64,000 nucleotides of DNA, taken from NCBI RefSeq assembly GCF_032191835.1, contig NC_083236.1, positions 45,570,001 through 45,634,000 on the forward strand, written 5' to 3'. The notes beneath the pieces were generated by a model. It was not told the DNA's origin. It saw only the letters and a list, made by a program, of their open reading frames with translations, and did no database searches. Source of the stretch: Heteronotia binoei (lineage: Eukaryota). The translations under genes were made by a program, and so were the position numbers. Position 1 is the stretch's first letter, and each line of letters begins with the position of its first letter. Shown piece by piece: positions 52,449 to 64,000 of this stretch.

Positions 52449-52905
52449 CAGGCCCGTAGCTGGGGGGGGGGGGGCGGCCCCTCCACCCAACCCCCCCCTT
52501 CCACCTGTATGGCCCCTTCCTTTCCCCACCACTCTCGCCACTGCTGCTCTCCCCAACCCTTTTTTGCGGCTGCTGCTCTCCTTGTGGCCTCGTGGCCGCT
52601 GCCACTCTCCTGCTGCTCTCTGCACCCCTTTCTTGCAGCCCCCACTCTCCCTGTGGCTCCATTCTGGCTGCCACCACTCTCCCACTGCTCGCTGAACCCC
52701 TTTCTTGTGGTCCCCACTCTCCCTGCGGCTCCGTTCTGGCAGCCGCTGCTCTCCTGCTGCTCTCTGCACCCCTTTCTTGCAACTCTGACTCTCCTGCAGC
52801 CCCATTCTGGCCACCACTGCTCTTCTTGAGCTCTCCCCACCCAATTCTTGTAAAAAATTTTATGCCCTGGGCCCTCCCACCCCAAAATTTCTGGCTATGG
52901 GGCTG
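52449..52905. mobile_element. hAT-like MITE with internal 72-bp minisatellite (about 4 units)
   Basis: TIR CAGGCCCGTAGC / GCTATGGGGCTG; TSD gcagccag/gcagccac; CCCCTTTCTTG recurs at 52625, 52697, 52769. Confidence 0.7.
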
Positions 52906-54453
52906 GCAGCCACTGTTCTTGTTTTATGGTCTTCTGCCTAGTAGCTGGGTCATGAGTCACTATAAAGCTACCTTTTTAATGCTACTTTAATGCCTTTTAA
53001 TGGCGACTTTTTGGAACGACCAAGTGCTAGGCTTCTTGTTTCTCTTTACACACATACTGAGAAAAGCAACAAGATAAGGTCACTCAGCACACAGTGGAGA
53101 GTTTTCCTGTGTGCTTATGATTCTTGTCCTGTTCTTTACCACTGTGTGCTTCCTAGTATCTGTAGGGTTCCCCCCCCCTTTATTCCTGTCTCTTATGGTG
53201 GCCTTGACAGGTCTCTGGTTTCCTACCATGTGACTTCATGATATGTGCTTGCAGTTCATTGGCTCCTATGCTTCCACTTAGGGGCTGTAGTTGGGTCCTA
53301 GCTCTAAAGGTTGGAGGTTAGATAGCCTGGAAAAGAACTATGCCAAGGGTGGCCAAACTTGCTAAATGTAAGAGCCACATAGAATAAATGTCAGATGTTT
53401 GAGAGCCATAAGACATGAATGTCAGATGTTTGAGAGCCGGGAGGAAGGAAAATAGAGGGGGAGGAGAAAGAAAGCAACTTCAACTATAAATGCATTCTCC
53501 AAGCTGCTGACTGGCTCGGCTTGGAGAAGTGATTTAAAGAGAGAAATGCCTTCTCCAACCTGCCCAACAGGGTGGCGGAGGCTTCAAGAACCACACAATA
53601 TGTGTGAAAGAGCCACAAGTGGCTCCCGAGCCACAGTTTGGCCACACATGAACTATACCAATTTGTGGAGGTCTGATTCTTGTCCAGCCCATATAACCAG
53701 CTTTTATCAATGACAGTTAGCCATGATCACTGTATGGCGCCTCCAGTTTCACATGCCTTATACCTCTGAATATGAGCCCCTATGGACAGAAGAGGGCCAC
53801 TATCTTAATAAACTTTTATAATGGCAGAAAGTATGCCAGTAAAGTTTTGTTATAGTATCCAGTGAGTGTTTTTATGACACTAGCAGGCTGCTGCCCTGAT
53901 TTGGATGGTCCAGGCTAGCCCAGTCTTGTCAGATCTCAGAAGCTAAACAGGGTTAGCTCTGGTTAGTATTTGGAGGGGAGACCGCCAAGAAAGTCCAGAG
54001 CTGTTATGCAGAGGCAGGCAAGGGCAGACTCCCTCTGTTTGTCTCTTGCCTTGAAAACCCCATGGGGTTGTTATGAATCAGCTGTGACTTGACAACACTT
54101 TCCTTCACTACCACTAGCAGCTTGTTGGCTTCTTTTTATACTTCTGTTGTTATGCTTCTTTCTGGTTTGTGTGCTCCTTCAAACAGGTTACTGGAGAGCA
54201 ATTGTTCCCTCTAAGCTGCAGAGCCTTGTGAGGAAAAAATTCTACTTTTTGAGCTACTGGCATTAAAGTTGTGAGCTACTGCATAAATTAGTGTGCTCTG
54301 GGGCCATCCTTCCTGAGCCAAGACAAAAATGTGTGAGCTGGAGGCTAAAAATCTGTGAGCTAGCTCATGCTAACTCAGCTTAGAGGGAACACTGCTGGAG
54401 AGGTGGCATATACATTGTCTAATAGTTTCTCGAATGGTTTGTCTTTTCTATAG

Positions 54454-54535
54454 GGTAATTTCCTTGAATGTAAAAACTCCCCTGCTCTGGATGTGGCAAC
54501 ACCTCGAACTGTGTTCCGGAAAGTCTTGCAGACCC
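54454..54535 (+). CDS. CENPT: CENPT exon with the TPR CDK / Ndc80-recruitment motif
   Basis: GNFLECKNSPALDVATPRTVFRKVLQT plus 1 nt; ttttctatag acceptor, gtgagt donor; resembles the CENP-T TPRxLLKxIL helix. Confidence 0.85.
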
Positions 54536-55962
54536 GTGAGTAGAGAACAGGGCAGAGAAATATGTCATCACTGGGAGCAGAGGGAAGGGGTGGCATTTTA
54601 GACAAAATAGAGGATGGTTTCTGTTTGTATCACATGCACAAGAACACAACTTGGTATCTAAAGAGAATTGCTTACAGTAGGTTTGACATAACAGAAAACT
54701 GACAGATCTAATTTGCTTTCACATAATTATTTGAAATATGAAGTAGTCAGCATAATAAAAAAGCATAGCCAGCATGATGTAAGCCTGGACTCATATTCTA
54801 GCCATACAAGACTGTTTTTCCTTCTCCTGCTTACAGTCCCCTGCCTATGCTGGTAGGTGAAGTTAGAGGAGGGAGGAGAACTCGGAAGAAGTGGAATAGG
54901 GAGCCTTGATCAACATTGTGAATAAATATTTATATCAAATGTGTAAAACTTAAAGCATCAATGTCATTACCCTCTTGTACACTTCCTTAATTAAGCAGTA
55001 AAGAAAAATTGTCCTCCTGTCTTATTTTCACGATCATTAATATGTTCTAGACACTTCATCCCATCTCCAAGAGTGCTTTGAAAGAGTCCCAAAATCTGTC
55101 TGTTACTGTTTCATTAGCGTTTTAATTAGCACGGTGGGGTAACTGATCAATTAAACATCTTGTTCATCTGTAGTTTGGAGAAACTTTAGTCCACAGTTTT
55201 CATTGTTCCATCCCTGCTAATTTTTGACTCAATAGGCTTGTGGATTGGAGCCCTTGGGCTCTAAACTCAAAAACGGGGGTTAGCGGTCCCGGTGTTCTCA
55301 TCTGTGGAGTTGCAGTCATCTTGCACAGCCAGTGACTGTATAGTCTTTGCCGACATTGCCTCATATATGGGCATCTATTCCATTAGTTTAACATCACTCT
55401 CTGCTTCTAGGACTGGAGATTAAGTCCAGAAGCTCCAGAGCCAATGAGAGGACTCCTCTTTCCCTCTGTGGGGCAAGGTTTCCCATGTGTTGAATAGGGT
55501 GCCTTTGCAGCTTGTCAGTGGCACTTGTGCCTGACAAGCTGGTAAGATCTGTAAAATGAAAGGATGTATATTTTGTCCTTGAACTCCAAACCTTGGAGCT
55601 TTCTTTTAGATCTCCAGCAAATGTTTCTGAAGGCACCACCATATTTTCTAGTAACAATATGTTTCTTTAAAATCGTTGAGACAATGTTTGTCTCTGTATT
55701 TAGAACAACAGTGCTACAGACTCTCTTATTGAAACAACCTTAAATTTGTGCATTTGAATTCTTAAAAAAGAGAATTTTGGAGCAAACCCATTGGTGTGGA
55801 GGACAGGATTTCTGTTTCATGTGCACTGTCCGATGCAGTCCTTTCTAGAGTAGAAATAGTCACAACTGCAGAAAGGTATATTATCTCTGTGCAAGCAGTT
55901 GCTGGCATTTTAACTTGCTTGATGAGATTTGTACAACTATGAGCTGCTATATGTCTTAACAG

Positions 55963-56056
55963 AGCCAATAGTTTCCCCTGTGGTTCCTGAGAAGGCTGAT
56001 ACCCCCAAACCAGCAGAGACGGTGTTCAAGTTTCCTTCAAGGAATGCTACTGACAG
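55963..56056 (+). CDS. CENPT: CENPT exon
   Basis: (Q)PIVSPVVPEKADTPKPAETVFKFPSRNATD(S); phase 1 in and phase 2 out, compatible with both neighbours. Confidence 0.8.
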
Positions 56057-56448
56057 GTAGGTGGTTTGTGAGGCTGATATCCAAAGCATTTTCACTTGAA
56101 ATAATTCATTTTGCAATCAGTATTGCTTTCTTGTGCATCGACACACTGAGAATTGTACTGTAAAACTGTTTTCTTGCAGTCTGAGTAGTCCTGTATTCTC
56201 ACACTCATAAGTATGCTATTTCCCATTAGGAGGCCTTCCTCCAGCTCAAGGGACCCCACCATCTCCATAGCAGGGCTGCTTCTTCCCATACCACCCTTCT
56301 CTTTCTCCATTTCCATGTATCTGGAGTTTTGGCCATCTAGCCTTCTGCAGATAAATATGTCCTTCAGTAGCGTTAGAATAATTCAGGCACATTTCTTGTA
56401 ATATCGTATTTTATTTCCCGCACTAAAGGTCCATCTTATTGCTTTTAG

Positions 56449-56585
56449 CAACATAGAGATAAGTTTGACTGGCCCTGTTCCTGAAGAGACGCTTTATCCT
56501 GTACTCCCCAAACGTGGGAAGAAAAAGAAGGTCAGGCTGTCTGAGTTTGAAAGAGCTGTGGACAAGCAACTTCCATCTACCACAC
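56449..56585 (+). CDS. CENPT: CENPT exon (alternative donor at 56590 possible); later exons not found in window
   Basis: NIEISLTGPVPEETLYPVLPKRGKKKKVRLSEFERAVDKQLPSTT resembles the CENP-T RRKQRLRLSVFQQGVD segment; tttag acceptor. Confidence 0.85.
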
Positions 56586-56812
56586 GTGCGTAAGACTTTT
56601 TATGTTTCCACCATTTGGGGTAGCTCCAAGAGGGATTTCTTCAGCTGTACAATGACTAAGAAAAAACTGGCATCCTGAAGGTGCACTAAGATTATCGTGA
56701 AGGAAACTGTTGAATTGTAAGCTCTCAGGACAGGTAAGTGGGAGAATACAACATGTTGCAACTAATGAAGCAAACGTTGCCACTCGTGGACCCCAGCTCA
56801 CTTTCAGAACTA

Positions 56813-56914
56813 CCGTATTTGCTGGCGTATAAGGCGACTTTTTTGGCCTGAAAAACATGCCTCTAAGTGGGGGGGTCGTCTTATACGCCCAGTCGTTTTA
56901 TACGCCGGCAAATA
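56813..56914. mobile_element. Short Tc2-type MITE, right end truncated
   Basis: TA|CCGTATTTGCTGGCGTATAAG...TATACGCCGGCAAATA, lacking the terminal CGG. Confidence 0.8.
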
Positions 56915-57099
56915 TCTGCCCAAGTGTGCTTGCGCATGAAAACTTGGGTGCAGAATCAAACTTCCTTGGTCTTAAAGGTGCCACCAGCCTCGCCTGCTGC
57001 TCTTGAGCCAGTCTGTGCTGAATCTCCTCCAGGAACACTGACTTTTGAGCAAGCATGCTCACCACCGGCCTCTTTTAACCCCGCACTTCACCATTTAGT

Positions 57100-57650
57100 T
57101 TATTGGAGGTGAGGATAAGGAAGAGAGAAAACTCCACGGTGGGTGGGAGGCGAGCGAGGGGAGTGGCGGCCGTTGCCCTCTCCAGGCGTTCCTCGCGGGG
57201 CGGCGGCCCCTTTAAGAGCCGGGCTGGGCTCTCCTGGAGTGGCCGCGAGGAAACCAACCCCGCCCTGTTTGGCCCTTCTCAGCACCTCCCTCCGTTCCTC
57301 TTCCCCACCGCCCCCTCCGCCGATTTCCCACAGCGCGGCAGCGGCAGCGCGTTCGCAAGGGCTGAGGAGAAGGCAAAGGAGCAGCAGAGGGGGCGCGGGG
57401 AACGAGGCGAAGCCGTCGCCTCGGGGGCGCGCATTGAGCGGCGGGGTTCTTCTCCCCTCCCCGGAGAGGCGCGAGGGCACCAACTGCCGCTCTCGCGCCC
57501 CCTCAGCGCGGCCTGTGTGGCTTTTTTCTCCTCCCCCCCCCTGCCTTTTCTTTCCACCCTTCCTGCTTTTGCCGCCGCCTGAGGGGAAGCACCTGAGGAG
57601 AAGGAGGGTCGATGAGATGAAAGTGAGTGTGTTTTGGCAAGACGGGGATA
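57100..57650 (+). promoter_or_regulatory. Orphan CpG island with candidate first exon ending at a GTGAGT donor (57623)
   Basis: Dense CpG, TATA-like CTTTAAGAG at about 57210, GTGAGT donor; no gene recognised. Confidence 0.55.
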
Positions 57651-57719
57651 GTGGTTCCCTGTAAGGATGGATAGATCCGGGTCAGAGAGTTAACCCAGCA
57701 GGCTCTGCAGAGATACTTA

Positions 57720-57823
57720 CCGTATTTGCCAGCTGTAAGATGACTTTTTTGCCCTGAAAAACATGCTACCAAGTGGGGGGGTCGTCTTATACGCCCAGTC
57801 GTCTTGTACGCCGGCAAATACGG
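57720..57823. mobile_element. Short Tc2-type MITE, complete
   Basis: TA|CCGTATTTGCC...GGCAAATACGG|TA; same family as 56813. Confidence 0.85.
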
Positions 57824-58490
57824 TACTTGTTTAAGCCACTGTAAGTAAGTAAGTAAATAAATAAATAAATGAATGTAAGACCAGGGGTGTCAAACATGTG
57901 GCCCGGGGGCCAAATCAGGCCCCCGAGCAACTGGCTGTCATTGCTTCCTTCTTCCTCTCTCTTACTTCCTTCTGCGTAACAGCTTGCTTTTGCAAGGCTT
58001 GCTCAATCACAAGAGAGCTACAGAGCAAAACCTCTATTTTTTCCATTGGCTGAGGCTCCTCTATTTATGTCCTTTATAAAGTTTGTATCTCTGCTACCTA
58101 ATCTTAAACAGGGCAATTTTTGAGCAGGAATGCAATTCCAGCTGGCTTGGTGCAATGGTTTGTGGCCTAATATGCAAATGAATTCCTGCTGGGCTTTTCC
58201 TGCAAAAAAAAATCCCATGTGAAACAATGGTGACATCAGGGGTGTGCGGCCTAATATGCAAATGAGTTCCTGTCGGACTTTTTCTACCAAAAAAAGCACT
58301 GGGTGCATACATGGCCTGGCCCAACATAGCCCAGCCTGGCAAGGTCTCATTTATGTCAGATTCGGCTCTCATAACAAATTAATTTGACACCCTTAGCTTA
58401 GACCAAGGTGAATAACTTTAATCTGAGGGAAATGAGATTCCTAGAACTTTCTAATATATATACCTGAAAATTACTTAGCAATGAATAGAA

Positions 58491-59062
58491 CTGGGGTGTC
58501 AAACATGCAGTATGGGGGCCACAGTTGACAGTTGCTGTCATCTGCTTCCTTCTTCCTATATTTTGCTGCCTTCTGCATAACAGTTTGCTTTGCTAGGTTT
58601 GCTCAATTGCACAGGAGCTACAGAGCAAAGCCTCTAATTTTCTCCATTGGCTGTGGTTCCTCCCTTAGGGAGGAAGGTGGGGAGGCAGATCTTGTTTTTC
58701 TAGGTTCTCTCAATTGCACAGCAAAGCTATTGAGCCAAGCCTTTCTTCCTTCTATTGGCTGAGGCTCCCCCCCAGTCCCTTGGAGAAGGAAAGTCACAGC
58801 TTCCTTTGCCCAGTTCTCTGGACCCCATGGGAGAAATACAAAGAAAGCATCTTTAAGTTCAACAAGTGCTAACGTTTTAAGTATGTTTTAAGTTATTTTA
58901 AAAATATAATTAATTGTGTTTGTCTTTGTCCTTTATAAAGCTTATATCTCTGCTACCTAATCTTAAAAAAACGCCCTGGCCCAACCCAACATGGTCTGGC
59001 CCAAGAACGTCTCATTTATGTCAGATCCGGCCAGGATCGAACAAATGAGTTCGACGCCCCTG
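58491..59062. mobile_element. hAT/Charlie-like non-autonomous element (TIR CAGGGGTGTCAAAC); related copy 57882-58393
   Basis: Perfect TSD gaatagaa; shared internal sequence between the two neighbouring copies. Confidence 0.8.
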
Positions 59063-60664
59063 GAATAGAAGATTCAAAAGCTCTATGTGATGGGATAATC
59101 TTGGTATAATCTTTGCTTTGCTAAATCATTTCATCAGTCATCATGCACAATGGAGGGTCAGTGAGTATAGTAGCAAAGAGGATGAAGACAGAGGTGGCCA
59201 AACTTGCTTAAAGAGCCGCACAGACTAAACATCAAATTTTGAGAGCCACAAGAGATGAACATCAGATGTTTGAGATCTACAAGACATGATAATCAGATGT
59301 TCAAGCGCTGGGAGGGAGGGCGTGAAGGCAGGCAGGCAGGCAAATAGATGGGAGGAGGAGAAGTGAAAAGAAAGCAATTTTAAATGCATTCTCCGAGCTG
59401 TCAGTTGGCTTGGAGGAGTGATTTAAAGAGACAAATGCCTTTTCCAAGGCAGCTGATGGGGTGGGGTGGGGCTTCAAGAGCCACACAATATGTGTGAAAG
59501 AGCCACATGTGGCTCCTGAGCCACAGTTTGGCCACCCCTGGGATGAAGACCTGGTCTTATTTTTCTTATGGACCACTGGGAGGCAGGATTTTCTTCATTC
59601 CAGAAAAAGGAAGATCAACCTAGCCTCTAATGGATGTGAACGCATCACCACTTTGAAACCACAGAATGGATCTCCCTTTTCTAGCTTCCCTCTGTCTTTC
59701 CCTGCCTTTGCATGCCTTGCCTACTGGTTTCTATGCCTGGGAACAGGAATGATGGCTTATTTTGATGTTGTGTACAGCTACCAGGATTGTCCCTTGAATT
59801 TTAATTTGTGTGAGGTGCTTTAGAAGGCAGATTGATCTAATAAAAGTATAAAATGGGTACAGCCTTTTTGAGCCTGCAGGCACCTTTGGAATTCTGACAT
59901 AGGACAGTGGACATAATAGCAAACCGACTACCATGGGAGGTGGAGCCAGTTATAAAATAGCTGCTGCAGGAGGTGGAGGCAACCATAAAATGTCAGGGAG
60001 TGAGGCTGTATATAACTCTTCAGCATTTCAGGCAGGAGCTCTAACAGGATGATTTTTAATCTGTACAGCCAATCAGCTAAAATATCATTTTCCTCCATTC
60101 ACTTAGGGAATGGAGCCAAGTGCTCCTCTGAAGAAATGTTGGGAGCAATAAGAGTGATGCTAAAGAGTCACTTACGCCTTTGTCTGGTGCTGTACACAAA
60201 GAAATGGGCTATACATGGCCACTGAAACATCTTGCTTTGTTCTCCTGAGACGATTCATGCATACCTACTGGAGGTCAAAGTGATAAATATTTCCCAGAAT
60301 TAATACATGTGTAGTGCCCAGATAATGATCAGAAGACCACTTCTGCTGCTGAAACTTAGAAGGTTTTGCCCCATATTTAAACTAAAGAAATGTGGGAAAA
60401 TAAGTGAACAGGCTTGGTGATAAACAGACTAGATTAGGGCTCTTCTTCCTTCACCCCCATAGTGCATTTATGTATTCTTGCAAGTAATGCTTATGTACAG
60501 TGTTGGTGTGGCCAACTAACATGGGCTTTGTCTGTTTTTTTTTTAAAGCTAAGTCATTCTCAGACCAGACATCTCTGACTAGGTGAGTTATGGCCAAGAA
60601 ATCACGTTGCTTCCTTTTCATGGTAAACTACTGGTTCTTCCTCTGTTGAGTGATATTAATCAGT

Positions 60665-63517
60665 GTCCATGATTGGTCTTTCACCAATCACGGACAAACG
60701 GGCGGGGGGGAGGGGTGGCGCTACTCATACGGGACGATTACTCCTTTAGGGCTTTCCCGGCCCCAACGATCGATGGCTTGGAATGTGCCGGTTTGGTGTG
60801 GGAAGTGGGGGAGGGGTTGGCGGTCTGGCTGGTCTACCGTCCGCCTAACGCACCGGCCAGCACCTTACCATCCCTAATGGAGGCCGTGGCGGGCTGGGCG
60901 TTGGAGTTCCCAAGGCTTATAGTCTTGGGTGATTTCAACGTCCATGTGGACGACGCGGCCTCCAATCGGGCGATGGACCTAGTGTCTTCCATGGCGACAC
61001 TGGGACTCTCCCAATTTGTCACCACCCCCACACATCAAGCCGGGCACATGTTAGACTTGATCTTTGCGTCCGGGATTTTGGTGGACGATATCACTGTAGA
61101 AGCGGTGCCATGGTCAGATCACCCAGCCCTTAAGGCTCGTGTGGGTGCGACGCCCCAACCCTCTATGGGCGGCGAGCCTATTTTGGCTCGCCCGCAGAGT
61201 CTGATAGACCCGGATCGGTTCCAAATGGCTCTGCGGGATCCCTGGCCCTCTAACGATTTTCTTGATGACCTGGTAGAGGCTTGGCACAACAGGCTATCCA
61301 GGGCCATCAATGAGATCGCTCCCTGGCGTCCTCTGCGCCCCCGTAGCAGGCTGGCTCCATGGTATACCTTGGAGCTACGGCAGCTGAAACAGGGACTCAG
61401 ACGACTAGAGAGGCGGTGGCGGCATACTCATGACGAAGCAACGAGAACATCTTATAGAACATTTATGAAGTCTTATGAGATGGCAGTCAAGACTGCAAAG
61501 AAGGAATACTTTGCGGCCAGGATTGCATCTGCAAATTCGCGCCCGGCACAATTATTTAAGATAGTTGAGAATTTGACCACTCTGCCTCAGGGCAGACCAA
61601 ATGCAAGAGAATTGGAAATAGGCTGTGAGGCTTTTGCAAAATTTTTTGCAGACAAAATCTCGTCGCTCCGCCAAGACCTTCCCGCCGCGTTGGATACAGT
61701 ATTAGAACCCAAGGCTCCGTGCCTGTCTTCTGATGCTAGATTGGATCACTTCGACGCACTTAGCTTAGGGGAAGTCGATGGGATTCTCTCTACTGTGCGC
61801 CATACTACTTGTGATCTTGACCCATGCCCCTCCTGGCTAATTAAATCTTGTCAGAGGGAGCTAAGATATCCTGTATGGGATATCATAAATAGATCCCTCT
61901 TGGAAGGGCAATTTCCAACATCTTTGAAAGAGGCCATGGTCCGCCCTCTCTTGAAAAAAAGTACAGCAGACCTGGCCGAATTGGCAAATTATCGACCGGT
62001 CTCGAACTTACCATTTTTAGGTAAAGTTATTGAGAGGGCAGTGGCAGCACAGTTACAGAGATTTCTGGATGAAACTTCCGCCTTAGACTCCCACCAGTCC
62101 GGCTTTCGTCCGGGTCACAGGACGGAGACAGTGCTGGTCGCCTTGGTAGATGACCTCCAACGGCATCTGGATCGAGGCGGCGTGGCGGTGCTGATGTTGT
62201 TAGATCTGTCAGCCGCGTTCGACACGGTCGACCATCGGCTACTGGCCCGCCGGCTTGCCGACACAGGGATTAGGGGGTCGGCCTTACAGTGGCTTTCCTC
62301 CTTCCTTGATGGGCGGGGACAAAGGGTGGCAATTGAGGGTGCAGGGTGCAGTTCTCTCCCCGATGTTATTTAACATCTACATGCGCCCCCTTGCCCAGAT
62401 TGCCCGGAGGTTTGGGCTTGGGTGTCACCAATATGCAGACGACACCCAGCTCTATCTGCTAATGGACGGCCGGCCTGGCTGCATCCCGGAGAACCTGGAC
62501 TTAGCATTACAGGCCGTGGCAGGTTGGCTCAGGCTGAGTGGGTTGAAGTTGAATCCAATGAAGACAGAGGTCCTTTGCTTGGGCCGTGGTGCCCTGGGGG
62601 TGCGGAAATCCCCCTTCCGGCTTTTGATGGTGTACCGCTGAAAGCAGCCCATAGAGTCAGGAGTTTGGGGGTTCTTCTGGAGCCTTCATTGTCAACGGAG
62701 GCACAGATAGCAGCCACTGCCAAGTCCGCGTTTTTTCATCTTCGACGGGCGAAGCAGTTGGCCCCCTTCCTTTGGCGCCAGGACCTAGCAACGGTGATCC
62801 ATGCTACGGTCACCTCGAGACTGGATTACTGTAACGCCCTCTACATGGGGCTGCCCCTGTGCCGAACTCGGCAGCTGCAGCTGGTGCAGAACGCAGCGAC
62901 TAGGCTGTTGCTGGGGCTCCCAAGATGGGAGCACATACAGCCGGGGCTGCGCGGACTGCACTGGCTGCCGGTGGTGTACCGAGTTCGTTACAAGTTGCTG
63001 GTTATTACCTTTAAAGCCCTATATGGCCCTGTCTACTTGAGGGACCGTCTCTCCCCGCATGAACCCCAGAGAGCGCTGAGGTCAGCTGGAAAGAACCAGC
63101 TGAATATCCCTGGGCCAAGGGAGGCCAGATTGAAGTCCACCCGGGATCAGGCCTTCTCTGTAGCGGCCCCCCTACTGTGGAACCAACTCCCGGAGGAGAT
63201 ACGGGCCCTGCGATGCTTAGATCAATTCCGCAGGGCCTGTAAGACCCACCTCTTTAAAACAGCCTTCACATAAAACCGAGCCAAGAAAGTCTTGTTGGAT
63301 ATGTTCTATGTTTTATGTTTTAATCACTGGATTTTATGAAAGATCTTGATTATAGCACCATAATCTTAAGTCTAATGTAATTTTAAAAATTTTAAGGATG
63401 ATTTTATAACTGAAATGTATATGAATTTATAATTGATTGCACATGGTTTTATTGTATACTGTATGTACATGTTGTGAGCCGCCCTGAGCCTGCTTGCGGG
63501 GAGGGCGGGATACAAAT

Positions 63518-63548
<31 letters not shown>

Positions 63549-63549
63549 T
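60665..63549 (+). mobile_element. L2-clade LINE, 5' truncated, recent but frameshifted
   Basis: Endonuclease (VYRPP, LGDFNVH, HMLDLIF) and RT (LDLSAAFDTVDH, YADDTQLY). Short deletion removing GVPQ at about 62340 and a second frameshift near 62600. CpG-rich; (TTA)n tail. Confidence 0.93.
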
Positions 63550-64000
63550 ACTGCCTGGGCCATTCTTATTTTGTTTGTCATCTGTGTGTTGTGAGCAGGT
63601 ATGTGAGAGTAGTTGATTAATATAAACCTTGGAAGTATTGGGTGCAGTAGATTCATAATATACGAACACCCAGGCTTTTGAAATTTCCTTCTGTTGATTC
63701 TATAGTGTTGTGTCATCTCATACTGAGCCTGTCAGGAAAAAAGCCCTATTCTGCTTCCTTTCTCATTTTCTTCCTCCCCTCTCCGCTTTTCAGCATTGCC
63801 TGTGAACTAGCTAGAGCAAGGGAAATCCTCCTGCTTCCACAACATTTAACGTGTTTTCATGTGTTTAAGCAAGTTTTGCTCTTACACTGGGGTTTTGTAA
63901 CAATTTTATTTATTTGTTTGTTTGACTTATATCCCACCCTCAGGCTCAGGGCAGCTCACATTGAAGGTCATAAAAAGCAATATTCATAAGCCGTACATGA

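Noticed and set aside
52352-52885. Several overlapping 106-177-aa ORFs
   Set aside because: Explained by the 72-bp (24-codon) minisatellite lacking stops.
56645-56733. Candidate next CENPT exon ending at AG|gtaagt
   Set aside because: In-frame stops in the compatible phases and no CENP-T similarity.
57100-57483. Minus-strand ORF with a signal-peptide-like stretch (PPLLLLCLLLSPCERAAAA)
   Set aside because: Starts at TTG with no in-frame ATG; low-complexity product of a purine/pyrimidine-skewed CpG island.
57584-57622. 39-nt candidate CENPT exon after a long pyrimidine tract
   Set aside because: Weak GAG acceptor; gives a stop in both phases available from the upstream CENPT donors.
1-64000. 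CRISPR arrays or prokaryotic systems
   Set aside because: Eukaryotic DNA; all repeats are dispersed transposons or simple tandems with no repeat-spacer pattern.

Overview
Vertebrate genomic DNA. The repeat content (Sauria SINE, Squam-type SINEs, CR1, L2, Penelope-derived hairpins, hAT MITEs) points to a squamate, probably a gecko (inference). Gene order is EDC4 exon 1 (-), the complete NUTF2 gene (-), single-exon THAP11 (-) and the 5' part of CENPT (+), matching human 16q22.1. The main unexpected result is an intact, diverged duplicate of the NUTF2 last coding exon at 14031-14141 (-). It is too short for the ORF track, is in the correct splice phase, and would give NTF2 an alternative C-terminus. 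It has a splice donor 43 nt after its stop and RBFOX-type motifs downstream. Other notable items: a full-length CR1 that has captured 1.5 kb of a BED-finger hAT transposase; a foldback MITE whose flanks are also a perfect inverted repeat; minimal hammerhead-ribozyme motifs in Penelope-derived hairpins; five ZNF143/THAP11 motifs in the THAP11 promoter; and an orphan CpG island with a first-exon-like donor downstream of the last CENPT exon found. All calls were made by eye without database searches. Gene exon coordinates were checked base by base; repeat boundaries are approximate unless a TSD is quoted.
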